Shown here piece after piece: positions 9,147 to 19,301 of a stretch of DNA of 44,274 nucleotides. A model generated the notes under the pieces. The model ran no database searches. It saw nothing but the letters and a program-made list of their open reading frames with translations, and was not told the origin of the DNA. This DNA is from Deltaproteobacteria bacterium. Lineage in GTDB: Bacteria > Desulfobacterota > GWC2-55-46 > S146-80. The translations under genes and the position numbers were made by a program. The stretch is from NCBI GenBank assembly GCA_015492305.1, contig WGFJ01000012.1, positions 1 to 44,274 of the forward strand, in the 5' to 3' direction. Every line of letters begins with the position of its first letter. Position 1 is the first letter of the stretch.

Positions 9147-9923
9147 TCAGAAGAAGGGGTTGTTTTCCCTCTCCTCGCCAACGGTTGTGGCAGGCCCGTG
9201 TCCCGGGAGGAGGATGGTGGGGTCAGGGAGGGTGAGGATCCTCTCCCTTATAGACCTGAGATGGATGGGGTAGAGTGAAGGGGGGTTACTCCTCCCTATG
9301 GAGCCTGCAAAGAGGGTGTCCCCTACAAGGCAGACCCCATCTGTAAGGTAGGAGAAGGAGTCCTGTGTGTGGCCGGGTGTGGCAAGGCACCTTACCAGCA
9401 TCCCCCCTGCCCTCACCTCCTGCCCATCCACAAGGGACCTTCCCCTGTAGACAGGGACAGAGCACTCCTTGAGGACCCTTTCAAGACCTCCGGTATGGTC
9501 ACCATGGCCGTGGGTGAGGAAGATGGCCCTCAGGGTTATACCCCTCTCCCGAAGGGCATCGAGTACAGCCTCAGGGTTGCAGGCCGTATCGATGAGGATG
9601 CCATCACCCCCCTTGAAAAGGATGTAGGCCTTCACCTCGTAGCCACCGATGTAGCCCCTTATGGTGACAAGCCTCCTATCCACCTCAGGGGGCAGGGGGG
9701 CCGGCTGGTAGCTTCCCTCTGCAATGGCAAGGAGCCTATCGGCCTTCAGACCCAGGACCCTGGCAATGGCCATCACCTCCTCCCTTCGAGGCCTCTTGCC
9801 GGAGAGGATGGCAAGGAGCCTCTCCCTGGGGATGGCTGTATCGGAGGAGAGCCTTTCCCTGTCGATGCCGAGCCCTGAAAGGGCCTTCTCCACTATGTCC
9901 GAGAACTCGTCTTCAAGGACCAC
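9147..9923 (-). CDS. MBL-fold metallo-hydrolase (glyoxalase II-like) with N-terminal XRE-like HTH
   Basis: THGHGDH, TPGHT, GDTLFAGSIG, PGHG motifs; start reassigned to GTG 9923 (GGAGG SD) because the longer ORF overlaps the cytochrome gene. Confidence 0.85.
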   Translation of the reverse strand: MVLEDEFSDIVEKALSGLGIDRERLSSDTAIPRERLLAILSGKRPRREEVMAIARVLGLKADRLLAIAEGSYQPAPLPPEVDRRLVTIRGYIGGYEVKAYILFKGGDGILIDTACNPEAVLDALRERGITLRAIFLTHGHGDHTGGLERVLKECSVPVYRGRSLVDGQEVRAGGMLVRCLATPGHTQDSFSYLTDGVCLVGDTLFAGSIGRSNPPSLYPIHLRSIRERILTLPDPTILLPGHGPATTVGEERENNPFF

Positions 9924-9943
9924 TTTAACCCTCCGGAAGTATG

Positions 9944-10675
9944 TCACCTTACCCTCCCCATGAGGCTGAGCACATAAGATGTGAGGTGCCACCTCTCCTC
10001 CTCTGTGAGTGAGACGGCAAAGGATGGCATGGTTGTTCCATCCACACCGATGGTTATGGAGAGGTATATGTCCTCCACCCTTGGACCCCTGTTTATGATG
10101 CCATAGGTGAAGTTTGCAGGCCTGACAGGCCTGCCCCACACATCAAGGAGTAACCCAGCAGCCTTGCCACCACCCCTGCCATCCACACCATGACACACGG
10201 CACACCTCGTCCTGTACAGGGCCTTCCCCTTCTCGATGGATTCAGGGGTTCCAACAAACCCCGGGACCTTCACCTCCTTTACCAGGGGCCTTCCTGGACT
10301 CTCCTCCTCCCACCTGTCTGAGAAGGTCTTTATGTAGGCTATAACCGCATCCTTTTCGGGCTCTGGAAGGAGTCTGAAGGAGGGCATGGATGTGAGGGGA
10401 AGTCCCTGATCAATCACCCTCTTGAGATCCGAATCAAGGGGAAGGGAACCCCTTGGTGTGGACTTGAACTTGAATATCCCGGTTGTGAAGTCCCTGGGCT
10501 TCACGATGAGGTCCCTGGCGGCAATGCCATTTCCATCACCTTTCTCCCCGTGACAGCCCACACAGTACCTCTCGTAGACCTCCCTGCCCATTGCCACTTT
10601 TGACGGCTGTCCATCTACAGGGATGGGCCGCATCAGAAGGAAGGCAAGGAACACAAAGGGGCCTCTCCATCTCAT
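9944..10675 (-). CDS. Exported dihaem cytochrome c
   Basis: Signal peptide; CVGCH and CAVCH, each followed by a MPSF distal Met; ATG 10675 behind GGAGGTG. Confidence 0.9.
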   Translation of the reverse strand: MRWRGPFVFLAFLLMRPIPVDGQPSKVAMGREVYERYCVGCHGEKGDGNGIAARDLIVKPRDFTTGIFKFKSTPRGSLPLDSDLKRVIDQGLPLTSMPSFRLLPEPEKDAVIAYIKTFSDRWEEESPGRPLVKEVKVPGFVGTPESIEKGKALYRTRCAVCHGVDGRGGGKAAGLLLDVWGRPVRPANFTYGIINRGPRVEDIYLSITIGVDGTTMPSFAVSLTEEERWHLTSYVLSLMGRVR

Positions 10676-10712
10676 CTCCCCACCTCCTGCAATGGAGTTA
10701 TCCAGGGTGATA

Positions 10713-10728
10713 CGCAAGAGGCATACCT
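10713..10728 (-). promoter_or_regulatory. Possible sigma54 (-24/-12) promoter for the cytochrome c gene
   Basis: AGGTATG-cctc-TTGCG with exact GG-N10-GC spacing; deviates from the TGGCAC consensus. Confidence 0.4.
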
Positions 10729-10744
10729 TCCACCCAAACAGGGA

Positions 10745-10773
10745 TTGACAAGGTAGAGGGGTTAGGATAATCT
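10745..10773 (+). promoter_or_regulatory. Putative sigma70 promoter of the pnt(-trehalose) operon
   Basis: TTGACA-17 nt-TAATCT about 30 nt upstream of GTG 10805. Confidence 0.65.
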
Positions 10774-10804
10774 TACCATAAAGACCTCAAAAAGGGGAAA
10801 CATT

Positions 10805-11929
10805 GTGACCGTAGGTGTTCCCAAGGAGAAAAGGGAAGGGGAGAAGAGGGTTGCCCTCATCCCTGACCATGTAAAGACCCTCACCTCCATGGGCATGGAT
10901 GTCCTTGTGGAGAAGGGGGCTGGAGAAGGGGCCTTCTTCACGGATCGCGCCTACGAGGAGGCAGGGGCGAAGGTGGTGGACGGGGTCTTCGGTGCAGGGA
11001 TCATCCTCAAGGTGAACCCCCCTGAAGAGGAAGAGGTGGAGGGGCTTGAGGAGGGAAGTCTCCTTGTGGGCTTTCTCAATCCCTTTGGCAGGCCCTCCCT
11101 CATAAAGAGGCTCTCCGAGAGGAAGGTAACGGCCCTGGCTATGGAACTCATCCCGAGGATAAGCCGTGCCCAGGCGATGGATGCCCTTTCATCCCAGGCC
11201 TCTGTGGCTGGTTACAAGGCGGTCCTCATGGCCGCTGACTCGATACAGAAGTTCTTCCCCATGCTCACCACCGCTGCAGGGACCATACCACCGGCAAGGG
11301 TCTTTGTCATAGGTGCCGGGGTTGCAGGGCTTCAGGCAATAGCCACGGCAAGGAGGCTTGGCGCCATTGTGGAGGCCTTCGACATAAGGCCTGAGGTTAA
11401 GGAGGAGGTCGAAAGCCTTGGTGGCAGGTTCGTGATGGTGGAGGCACAGGAAGAGGTGAGGACCGAGGGTGGCTATGCAAAGGAGGTATCGGAGAGGACA
11501 AAGGAGAGGGAAAGGGAGGTCCTGGCAGAGCACATAAAGGCCGCTGATGCGGTGATCACAACGGCCCTTACGGCGGGCAGGAAGGCGCCCATCCTCATAA
11601 CAGAGGAGATGGTCTCTTCCATGAAACCCGGCTCTATCATCATAGACCTTGCTGCAGAAGGTGGGGGCAACTGTGAACTCACAAGGCCAGGGGAGACCGT
11701 CACCCACGGGGATGTGAAGGTCATCGGTCCTGTCAACCTGCCATCCACCATGGCCCACCACGCAAGCAGGATGTACGGCAAGAACCTCCTCTCCCTCTTG
11801 AGGGAGATCATCAAGGACGGGCAGGTGGTGATCGACCTTGAGGATGAGGTCATAGGGAGTATATGCGTGGTCTACAGGGGAGAGATAAGGAACAGGAGGG
11901 TCCTTGAGGCCCTTGAAAGGAGGGAGTGA
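10805..11929 (+). CDS. pntA: NAD(P)+ transhydrogenase subunit alpha part 1 (dI)
   Basis: GVPKE...EKRVAL, PRISRAQAMDALSSQ, GAGVAGLQA, GGYAKE, GGNCE. Confidence 0.95.
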   Translation: MTVGVPKEKREGEKRVALIPDHVKTLTSMGMDVLVEKGAGEGAFFTDRAYEEAGAKVVDGVFGAGIILKVNPPEEEEVEGLEEGSLLVGFLNPFGRPSLIKRLSERKVTALAMELIPRISRAQAMDALSSQASVAGYKAVLMAADSIQKFFPMLTTAAGTIPPARVFVIGAGVAGLQAIATARRLGAIVEAFDIRPEVKEEVESLGGRFVMVEAQEEVRTEGGYAKEVSERTKEREREVLAEHIKAADAVITTALTAGRKAPILITEEMVSSMKPGSIIIDLAAEGGGNCELTRPGETVTHGDVKVIGPVNLPSTMAHHASRMYGKNLLSLLREIIKDGQVVIDLEDEVIGSICVVYRGEIRNRRVLEALERRE

Positions 11930-12219
11930 TGGGGATCGTAGACAGCCTCTTTGTCTTTGTCCTGGCCATGCTCGTCGGCTTTGAGGTGATCACAAAGGTC
12001 CCGCCAACCCTTCACACCCCCCTCATGTCAGGGGCGAATGCCATATCAGGGATCACCATCGTGGGGGCCCTCCTCGTTGCAGCCCATTCCGACTCACCCC
12101 TTACAGAGGTCATAGCCTTCGTTGCCATCGTAATGGCAACGGTGAATGTGGTGGGAGGCTTCCTTGTAACGGACAGGATGCTACAGATGTTCAGGAAGGA
12201 GACCCGGAAGAAGGCATAG
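11926..12219 (+). CDS. pntA: NAD(P)+ transhydrogenase subunit alpha part 2 (membrane)
   Basis: VPPTLHTPLMSGANAISG, NVVGGFLVTDRMLQMF. Confidence 0.95.
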   Translation: MMGIVDSLFVFVLAMLVGFEVITKVPPTLHTPLMSGANAISGITIVGALLVAAHSDSPLTEVIAFVAIVMATVNVVGGFLVTDRMLQMFRKETRKKA

Positions 12220-12220
12220 C

Positions 12221-13588
12221 ATGAAAGCCCTTGTAGAACTCATCTACCTCCTTTCTGTGATACTCTTTGTTGCAGGCCTCAGATACCTCAACTCCCCTGC
12301 AACGGCAAGGAGGGGAAACCTCCTTGCATCCGTGGGGATGGCCCTTGCCATCGCAGCAACCCTTGCCGGAAAGGGGATCAGCCACCTGTGGATCATCCTC
12401 GCAGGTCTCCTTGCCGGGTCCATCATAGGGGCTGTGGCTGCAAGGAAGGTGAAGATGACCGCCATGCCCCAGATGGTAGGGCTCCTGAACGGACTTGGTG
12501 GTGGCGCTTCTGCCCTTGTGGCTACAGGGGAGTTTGTGAGGCTGAGCCCTTCCATCCCCCTCGATACGGTGGTCACCATCATCCTCAGCCTCCTCATAGG
12601 TGGTGTCACCTTCACGGGAAGCCTCGTTGCCTTCGGTAAGCTCCAGGGCCTTGTGAAGGGGACCCCCACAGTCCTCCCCCTCCACAGGGCTGTAACAATC
12701 CTCCTTTCCATCGCCTTCCTCCTCCTCTCCTTCTCCCTCCACATCTCACCCCTTGCTGTCTTCACCACCATGGCCATCATATCCCTCATCCTCGGGGTCC
12801 TCCTCGTCATACCCATAGGTGGGGCCGATATGCCCGTTGCCATATCACTGCTCAACTCCTTCTCCGGTCTTGCCGCAAGCGGGGCAGGGTTCGTCCTTAA
12901 GAACAACATGCTCATCGTTGCAGGTGCCCTTGTCGGGGCGGCAGGGATGATCCTCACCTTCATCATGTGCAGGGCCATGGGAAGGTCCCTGCTCCATGTC
13001 CTCTTCGGTGCCTTCGGGGGGAAGGAGGAGCTTGCAGAGGAGGCAGGGGAAAGGCGTGTGAGGTCCATAGATGTTGAAGAGGCGGCCATGATCCTTGCCT
13101 ATGCCAGGTCCGTCATCATAGTGCCTGGATACGGTATGGCCGTTGCCCAGGCCCACCATGCCGTAAGGGAGCTTGCAGATGAGCTTGAGGCAAGGGGTGT
13201 GGAGGTGAAGTTCGCCATCCACCCTGTGGCAGGCAGGATGCCGGGCCACATGAATGTCCTCCTCGCAGAGGCAAATGTCCCCTACTCGAAGCTCTACGAC
13301 ATGGACGACATAAACCCTGAGTTTGAGAGGACCGATGTGGCCCTTGTCATAGGGGCAAGCGATATAGTGAACCCGGCAGCACGCCACAAGAAGGGAAGCC
13401 CCATATACGGCATGCCCATACTGGAGGTGGACAGGGCAAGGCAGGTCATCGTGATCAAGAGGAGCCTGAGCCCTGGCTTCTCAGGGGTGGAGAACGAGCT
13501 CTTCTACAACCCCAAGACGATGATGCTCTTTGGCGGAGCCAGGGATGTCGTCCAGGAGCTCATAAAGGAGGTGAAGAGGCTTGACTGA
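12221..13588 (+). CDS. pntB: NAD(P)+ transhydrogenase subunit beta
   Basis: MTAMPQMV, GGADMPV, PGYGMAVAQA, HPVAGRMPGHMNVLLAEA. Confidence 0.96.
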   Translation: MKALVELIYLLSVILFVAGLRYLNSPATARRGNLLASVGMALAIAATLAGKGISHLWIILAGLLAGSIIGAVAARKVKMTAMPQMVGLLNGLGGGASALVATGEFVRLSPSIPLDTVVTIILSLLIGGVTFTGSLVAFGKLQGLVKGTPTVLPLHRAVTILLSIAFLLLSFSLHISPLAVFTTMAIISLILGVLLVIPIGGADMPVAISLLNSFSGLAASGAGFVLKNNMLIVAGALVGAAGMILTFIMCRAMGRSLLHVLFGAFGGKEELAEEAGERRVRSIDVEEAAMILAYARSVIIVPGYGMAVAQAHHAVRELADELEARGVEVKFAIHPVAGRMPGHMNVLLAEANVPYSKLYDMDDINPEFERTDVALVIGASDIVNPAARHKKGSPIYGMPILEVDRARQVIVIKRSLSPGFSGVENELFYNPKTMMLFGGARDVVQELIKEVKRLD

Positions 13589-14237
13589 GGATGTGAGGCC
13601 CTTTGTTGTGAAGGACTGCACCCTTGTGGCCATTGCAACCGGTGACAGGGCCCAGAACCTCAAGGAACTCAGGGAGAGGCTCCTGACCATCCACCCGGGA
13701 AGCATATACTACCACTTCTGGGGTGGCCACCTCCGCCCCAAGTTTGTTGATCCCGAATACAACAACGACTTTGCAGCATGGGTGAAGCATGCCCTCCATG
13801 ACACGGCCCTGGCAGAGCGCCTTGCCATAGTGGACCCCACTTGGTTCCCCAACATAGAGGACCTGAGGAAGGAGGTCCTTGAGATCATAGAGGAGAGGCT
13901 TGATGAGACGGAGTGGATCCCCTGGGCAAAGAGGGAGGAGCAGTTCCACTTCATAAGGGCCCAGATGATCATCTTCAGCACAAGGTGCCTCATAAAGAGA
14001 CCGGAGGACCTCCTCAGGATGATCCCCCACCTGTCTGAAGGGAGCATCTTCTACCACTTCATAGATGCAAGGAGGAGGACAGAAGGGGGGGTGAACGACT
14101 TCTGTGCCTGGCTGCATCTTTTCGGCGAGAGGTACCAGGACCTCTGTGCAAGGCTCTGTGCCATAGACCCCTACTTCGTCACCCTTGCTGAACTGAGGGA
14201 AGAGCTCCTTTCCGTCCTGAAAGGGTACTTCCAGTGA
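13581..14237 (+). CDS. DUF5752-like protein (TreT-associated)
   Basis: Internally duplicated SIYYHF...NDFAAW / SIFYHF...NDFCAW; TTG start behind GGAGGTG; directly upstream of treT. Confidence 0.8.
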   Translation: MTEDVRPFVVKDCTLVAIATGDRAQNLKELRERLLTIHPGSIYYHFWGGHLRPKFVDPEYNNDFAAWVKHALHDTALAERLAIVDPTWFPNIEDLRKEVLEIIEERLDETEWIPWAKREEQFHFIRAQMIIFSTRCLIKRPEDLLRMIPHLSEGSIFYHFIDARRRTEGGVNDFCAWLHLFGERYQDLCARLCAIDPYFVTLAELREELLSVLKGYFQ

Positions 14238-15478
14238 CGGAACTCCTGGAGACATACGCCCCCATTGCAGGGGCAGAGGAGATAGAGAGGATAAGGCAAC
14301 TCTCCCAGCACCTCAGGGGGGCAAGGGTGGTCCATGTAAACGCAACGAGGGTTGGTGGAGGGGTGGCAGAGATACTCTCAAAACTGGTCCCCCTCAAGAA
14401 GGAACTGGGCCTTGAAGTCCACTGGGAGGTGATAAAGGGTGACAGGGACTTCTTCCACTGCACAAAGTCCATACACAACGCCCTCCACGGCACCCACATA
14501 GACATATCCTCGGAGATGCTGAAACACTACGAAGAGACGAACAGGAGGAACGCTGAAGAACTGCAACCCCTCCTGAGGGAGGCAGACTTCGTCTTCATCC
14601 ACGACCCACAGCCGGCAATGATACAGCGCTTCATCCCGGAAAGGAAGGGGAAATGGATCTGGAGGTGCCACATAGACATCAGCCATCCCTACAGGCCTGT
14701 ATGGAAGTACCTGAGGGAGTCCCTCCTCTCCTACGATGCAAGTGTCTTCCACATCGCCGATTTCGCCCACTCCCTCCCCCACCTCCAGTATGTGATACCC
14801 CCGAGCATTGACCCTCTGAGCGAGAAGAACATAGATCTGCCGGAAGAAGAGATCCAGTCCGTGGCAGACCGCTTCGGCCTTGACCTGGAAAGGCCCATGA
14901 TCATCCAGGTCTCAAGGTTCGACCGCTTGAAGGACCCCATAGGGGTGATCCATGCCTACCGGCTGGTGAAGACCTTTGTACCCTCCCTGCAGCTTGTCCT
15001 TGCCGGCGGGATCGCAGCCGATGATCCAGAGGGAGAGGCCGTGTTCGAGGAGGTCACCATCGCTGCTGGAAACGACCCGGACATACACCTGCTCCTCCTC
15101 CCGCCCGATGCCCACAGGACGATAAACGCCCTCCAGAGGATGGCTGAGATAGTGCTTCAGAAGTCCATAAGGGAGGGCTTTGGCCTCACCGTCACCGAGG
15201 CCATGTGGAAGGGAAGGCCCGTTGTGGGGGGGAACACCGGGGGGATAAGGCTTCAGGTGATAAACCACCACACAGGCTTCCTCGTTGACACACCGGAAGG
15301 GGCTGCCCTCAGGGTGAGATACCTCCTTCGCCATCCCAACATAAGGGAGGAGATGGGGAGGAAGGGCAGAAGGTTTGTAAGGGAGAACTTCCTCATCACC
15401 CGTCAGTTGAGGGAGTACCTCACACTCATGCTCATACTCCTCCACGGTGATATGGAGAGGCTCGAGATAGGAGGGTAA
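14234..15478 (+). CDS. treT: Trehalose glycosyltransferring synthase TreT (GT4)
   Basis: HVNATxxGGGVAEIL, IHDPQP, WRCHID, PPSIDPLSEKN, QVSRFDxxKDP, QKSIREGFGLTVTEAMWK. Confidence 0.92.
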   Translation: MTELLETYAPIAGAEEIERIRQLSQHLRGARVVHVNATRVGGGVAEILSKLVPLKKELGLEVHWEVIKGDRDFFHCTKSIHNALHGTHIDISSEMLKHYEETNRRNAEELQPLLREADFVFIHDPQPAMIQRFIPERKGKWIWRCHIDISHPYRPVWKYLRESLLSYDASVFHIADFAHSLPHLQYVIPPSIDPLSEKNIDLPEEEIQSVADRFGLDLERPMIIQVSRFDRLKDPIGVIHAYRLVKTFVPSLQLVLAGGIAADDPEGEAVFEEVTIAAGNDPDIHLLLLPPDAHRTINALQRMAEIVLQKSIREGFGLTVTEAMWKGRPVVGGNTGGIRLQVINHHTGFLVDTPEGAALRVRYLLRHPNIREEMGRKGRRFVRENFLITRQLREYLTLMLILLHGDMERLEIGG

Positions 15479-15481
15479 GCT

Positions 15482-16540
15482 ATGGATCTCCTGGACATCA
15501 CCTTCTACGGAAACACCCTTAAGGCCTGGCTCTTCTCATCCTTCCTGGTCGTTGTCCTCACGGTTGCCTTTCACCACTTCAAGAAGATCCTCCACCGGTG
15601 GATGAGGACCCTTTCGGAAAGGACCGAGACGGATATAGACAACCTCATTGCAGACCTCATGGGGAAGACAAAGACGGTCTTCCTCTTCCTCCTTGCCCTT
15701 TACATAGGCTCCCTCTTCCTCACCCTCCCGGGCAAGGTGTCGTCCCTCATAAAGGCGGTGGTGGTGATCGCCTTCTTCATCCAGACGGCCCTGTGGGGGA
15801 ACGGCTTCATGGACTTCTGGATCGGCCGCTACAAGCAGAGATACCTTGAAGAGGATCCATCAAGGGCGACCACCATCGCTGCCCTTGGTTTCATAGGGAG
15901 GCTCATCTTCTACTCCATCATCCTCCTCCTTGCCCTCGACAACATAGGCATCGACATAACCACCCTTGTTGCGGGTCTGGGCATAGGGGGTATAGCCGTT
16001 GCCCTTGCGGTCCAGAGCATCCTCGGTGATCTCTTTGCCTCCCTTTCCATAGTCCTTGACAAGCCCTTTGTAATAGGGGACTTCATCATAGTGGACGATC
16101 TCCTGGGGACGGTGGAGCACATCGGTCTCAAGACCACAAGGATAAGGAGCCTTTACGGGGAGCAGATCATATTCTCCAACACAGACCTCCTCAAGAGCAG
16201 GATCAGGAACTACAAGAGGATGTTCGAGAGGAGGATCGTCTTCACCATCGGGGTCGTCTACCAGACCCCCTACGAGAAGCTACAGGCCATACCCGGCATG
16301 ATCCAGGAGATAATAGAGTCACAGGAGCTCACACGCTTTGACAGGGCCCATTTCAAGACATACGGCCCCTACTCGCTGGACTTCGAGATCGTCTACTACG
16401 TGAAGAGCCCTGATTACAAGACCTACATGGACATACAGCAGGCCATAAACCTTGCCATATACAGGCGATTCGAGGAGGAGGGCATAGAGTTTGCGTATCC
16501 CACCCAGACCCTTTACATCGAGAAGGGGGCAACCTCATGA
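15482..16540 (+). CDS. Small-conductance mechanosensitive channel (MscS family)
   Basis: LVAGLGIGGIAVALAVQ, DKPFVIGDFI, GTVEHIGLKTTRIR, GIEFAYPTQ. Confidence 0.93.
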   Translation: MDLLDITFYGNTLKAWLFSSFLVVVLTVAFHHFKKILHRWMRTLSERTETDIDNLIADLMGKTKTVFLFLLALYIGSLFLTLPGKVSSLIKAVVVIAFFIQTALWGNGFMDFWIGRYKQRYLEEDPSRATTIAALGFIGRLIFYSIILLLALDNIGIDITTLVAGLGIGGIAVALAVQSILGDLFASLSIVLDKPFVIGDFIIVDDLLGTVEHIGLKTTRIRSLYGEQIIFSNTDLLKSRIRNYKRMFERRIVFTIGVVYQTPYEKLQAIPGMIQEIIESQELTRFDRAHFKTYGPYSLDFEIVYYVKSPDYKTYMDIQQAINLAIYRRFEEEGIEFAYPTQTLYIEKGATS

Positions 16541-18006
16541 AGGGAAGGCTCATCATCGCATCCAACAGGCTTCCCATAGTCCTTACAAAGGAAGGGAAGG
16601 ACTGGAAGGTCGAGGAGGGGACAGGCGGTCTTGTGACGGCCCTTGTCCCTGTCCTGAAGAACAGGGGAGGCATATGGATAGGATGGCCGGGCACCACAGG
16701 AGACAGGGAGGAAATAGAGGAGGTCATCTCCGGTGCCACAAGGGATTCAGGATACAGGTTCGGCATCGTCCACCTCGAGCCACAGGAGATAGATGGATTC
16801 TACTACGGCTTTGCAAACGAGATCCTCTGGCCCCTCTTCCACGACCTCCAGACCCATTGCAACTTCGACCCCTCCTACTGGGATGCCTACATCAGGGTGA
16901 ACAGGAAGTTTGCAGCCAAGATAGCGGAAAACTACCAGAGGGGTGATTACATCTGGATCCATGACTACCACCTCATGGCGGTGGCCCGGGAACTGAGGAG
17001 GATGGGGATAGACTCGGAGACGGGCTTCTTCCTCCACATACCCTTCCCCTCCCTCGACATATTCCTCAAGCTTCCCTGGAGGTTCCAGATCCTGAAGGCC
17101 CTGCTCCACTACGACCTCATAGGTTTCCAGACCGTAAGGGACAGGACCAACTTCGTCCAGTGCGTGAAGACCCTCTTCAAGGACATCACCATCCAGGGAA
17201 GGGGAAGGGTCCTCAAGGCCTTCACAGGGGAAAGGGAGGTCGGGCTCGGTGTGTTCCCCATAAGCATAGACTTCCACGCCTTTGCAAGGAAGGCCATATC
17301 CGATGAGGTGGCCAAGAGGGCGTGGTACATCCATGAGGACCTGCCAAACAGGCATCTCATCCTGGGCATCGACCGCCTGGATTACACAAAGGGCATCCCC
17401 CATAAGCTCCAGGCCTACAAGAGGGCCCTCCTCAACTTCCCTGACCTGAGGAGGAAGGTCACCCTCATACAGGTGGTGGTGCCGAGCAGGAAGAGGATAC
17501 CAAGGTATGAGGAACTGAAGACCCAGATCGACCGCCTTGTGGGGGAGATAAACGGTGAATTCACCGAATCAGGATGGGTGCCTGTACATTACATCTTCAG
17601 GCGCCTGTCCACAACGGAACTCCTTGCCTACTACAGGACATCGGAGATCGCCCTCATAACCCCCCTTAAGGACGGGATGAACCTGGTTGCAAAGGAGTAC
17701 TGTGCCGCCAATGTGGACGAGAATGGGGTCCTCATACTGAGCGAGTTTGCAGGTGCCGCCTCACAGCTCCACAGATGGGCCATCCTCGTCAACCCCTACG
17801 ATGTGGAAGGGGTGGCAGAGGCCATCTACAGGGCCTTTACCATGCCCGGGGAGGAGAGGCAGAGGAGGATGAAGGCCCTGAGGAGGTCCATAAGGGAGTA
17901 CGACATATACTGGTGGGTCGATTCCTTCCTGAGGGCAGGGATCGCCAGGGACCTCAGGGACTTCCCCCTCATGGAGGAGTACATACCCCAGGAGGTGAAG
18001 ACATGA
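16537..18006 (+). CDS. otsA: Alpha,alpha-trehalose-6-phosphate synthase (GT20), stand-alone
   Basis: [50 protein letters not shown]. Confidence 0.95.
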   Translation: MKGRLIIASNRLPIVLTKEGKDWKVEEGTGGLVTALVPVLKNRGGIWIGWPGTTGDREEIEEVISGATRDSGYRFGIVHLEPQEIDGFYYGFANEILWPLFHDLQTHCNFDPSYWDAYIRVNRKFAAKIAENYQRGDYIWIHDYHLMAVARELRRMGIDSETGFFLHIPFPSLDIFLKLPWRFQILKALLHYDLIGFQTVRDRTNFVQCVKTLFKDITIQGRGRVLKAFTGEREVGLGVFPISIDFHAFARKAISDEVAKRAWYIHEDLPNRHLILGIDRLDYTKGIPHKLQAYKRALLNFPDLRRKVTLIQVVVPSRKRIPRYEELKTQIDRLVGEINGEFTESGWVPVHYIFRRLSTTELLAYYRTSEIALITPLKDGMNLVAKEYCAANVDENGVLILSEFAGAASQLHRWAILVNPYDVEGVAEAIYRAFTMPGEERQRRMKALRRSIREYDIYWWVDSFLRAGIARDLRDFPLMEEYIPQEVKT

Positions 18007-18010
18007 CCCA

Positions 18011-19297
18011 TCAGGGGCTGACACCCATGGCCCTTAGCCTCCTCCTTGCCTCGGCTGCCTCAGGGCTTTCAGGGGCAAGCCTTATAACCTCCCTGTAGTT
18101 CCTCACAGCCTCCCTGTAATTGCCTGTTATCTCGTAGGACCTGCCGAGGTAGAACTTCACCTGAGGGACATCGGGTATAAGTCTGTCGGCAACACGAAGA
18201 TGCCTTATGGCACGGAAGTAGTCCCCCTTCCTGAAGGCGATGAGACCTGCAAGGTACCTGTTTGAGAAGAGGTCAGGATACAGTCTCAGGGCCTTACGAA
18301 TGGATATGTCGGCCTCAACGAGCCTTCCCTGCCTCATGAGGGCCCATGCAAGGCCTCCGTAGAAGACGGACTGGTCATCGGCAAGGTCTATGGCCCTCCT
18401 GTACTCCCCTTCGGCCCCCCTGTAGTCCCCCTTCTCCATGAGCCTATCACCCCTGTCAAAGTGCATGTAGGCCTCCTTCAGGGATTTGAGGTGGGCCGTC
18501 TTCTCCGCAAAGTCCCTCACCTTGAAGGGGAGGGTTGTGGGGTAGGTACCCTTATCCAGTTCTGCCCTGATCCTCTCTATCCTCTCCTCTGTGAGGGGAT
18601 GGCTCTGGAAGAGGGCCTCCAGTCTCGAGGGCTTCCTCTTTGCCGTCCTCTGCAGGATCTCCATGACCTGGAGCATGGCAACGGGGTTGTAACCTGCCCT
18701 TGTCATGTACTCAAGGCCAAGGAGGTCTGCCTGCCTCTCCTGGTCCCTGCTGTACTTGAGGAGAAGAAGGGTTGCAGCAAAGGAGGAACCAAGGTAGTAG
18801 AGGTCCCTGCTCCTTGCATCCCTCCCTGCCATGGCGGCCCCCACCCCTGCTATGATGGTCTGGGCAAGGAGGGTCCTGCTTATCTGGGCTGCCGAGTGCC
18901 TTGCAGCCACATGCCCTACCTCATGGCCAAGGACGGCAGCGAGCTGATCCTCACTCTCAAGAAGGGTGAGAAGCCCCCTTGTTATGCTTATCTTCCCTCC
19001 CGGAAGGGCATAGGCATTTACCTCCGATGAGTTTACCACATTGAATTCGTACCTCAGATGGGGACGGTGGCTGAAGGAGGCGATCCTCTGGCCCACGGTG
19101 TTCACATACCCCTGGAGCTGGTCATCCTGGAAGAGGCCACCATTTATCTGGGTTGTGATGGGGTAGTTCTCCTCACCGAGGGCCACCTCCTGGGCCTCTG
19201 AGATGAGCATGAGCTCCTCCTTTTCCGTAACAGGGTTTACGGCACACCCTGCCACGAAGAGGAGGAGCAGGAAAAGGGCCTTCCTTGTCCTGAACAA
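18011..19297 (-). CDS. M48 family zinc metalloprotease lipoprotein with C-terminal TPRs (BepA-like)
   Basis: Lipobox VAGC, NAYALPGG, HEVGH, YSRDQERQAD, SHP, TPR helices; start is TTG 19297 or GTG 19327. Confidence 0.9.
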   Translation of the reverse strand: MFRTRKALFLLLLFVAGCAVNPVTEKEELMLISEAQEVALGEENYPITTQINGGLFQDDQLQGYVNTVGQRIASFSHRPHLRYEFNVVNSSEVNAYALPGGKISITRGLLTLLESEDQLAAVLGHEVGHVAARHSAAQISRTLLAQTIIAGVGAAMAGRDARSRDLYYLGSSFAATLLLLKYSRDQERQADLLGLEYMTRAGYNPVAMLQVMEILQRTAKRKPSRLEALFQSHPLTEERIERIRAELDKGTYPTTLPFKVRDFAEKTAHLKSLKEAYMHFDRGDRLMEKGDYRGAEGEYRRAIDLADDQSVFYGGLAWALMRQGRLVEADISIRKALRLYPDLFSNRYLAGLIAFRKGDYFRAIRHLRVADRLIPDVPQVKFYLGRSYEITGNYREAVRNYREVIRLAPESPEAAEARRRLRAMGVSP

Positions 19298-19301
19298 GTC
19301 C

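Noticed and set aside
9924-10139. His/Cys-rich N-terminal extension of the MBL ORF (CQACKLH, resembling a haem motif)
   Set aside because: Out-of-frame overlap with the cytochrome c gene; a better SD-GTG start lies at 9923
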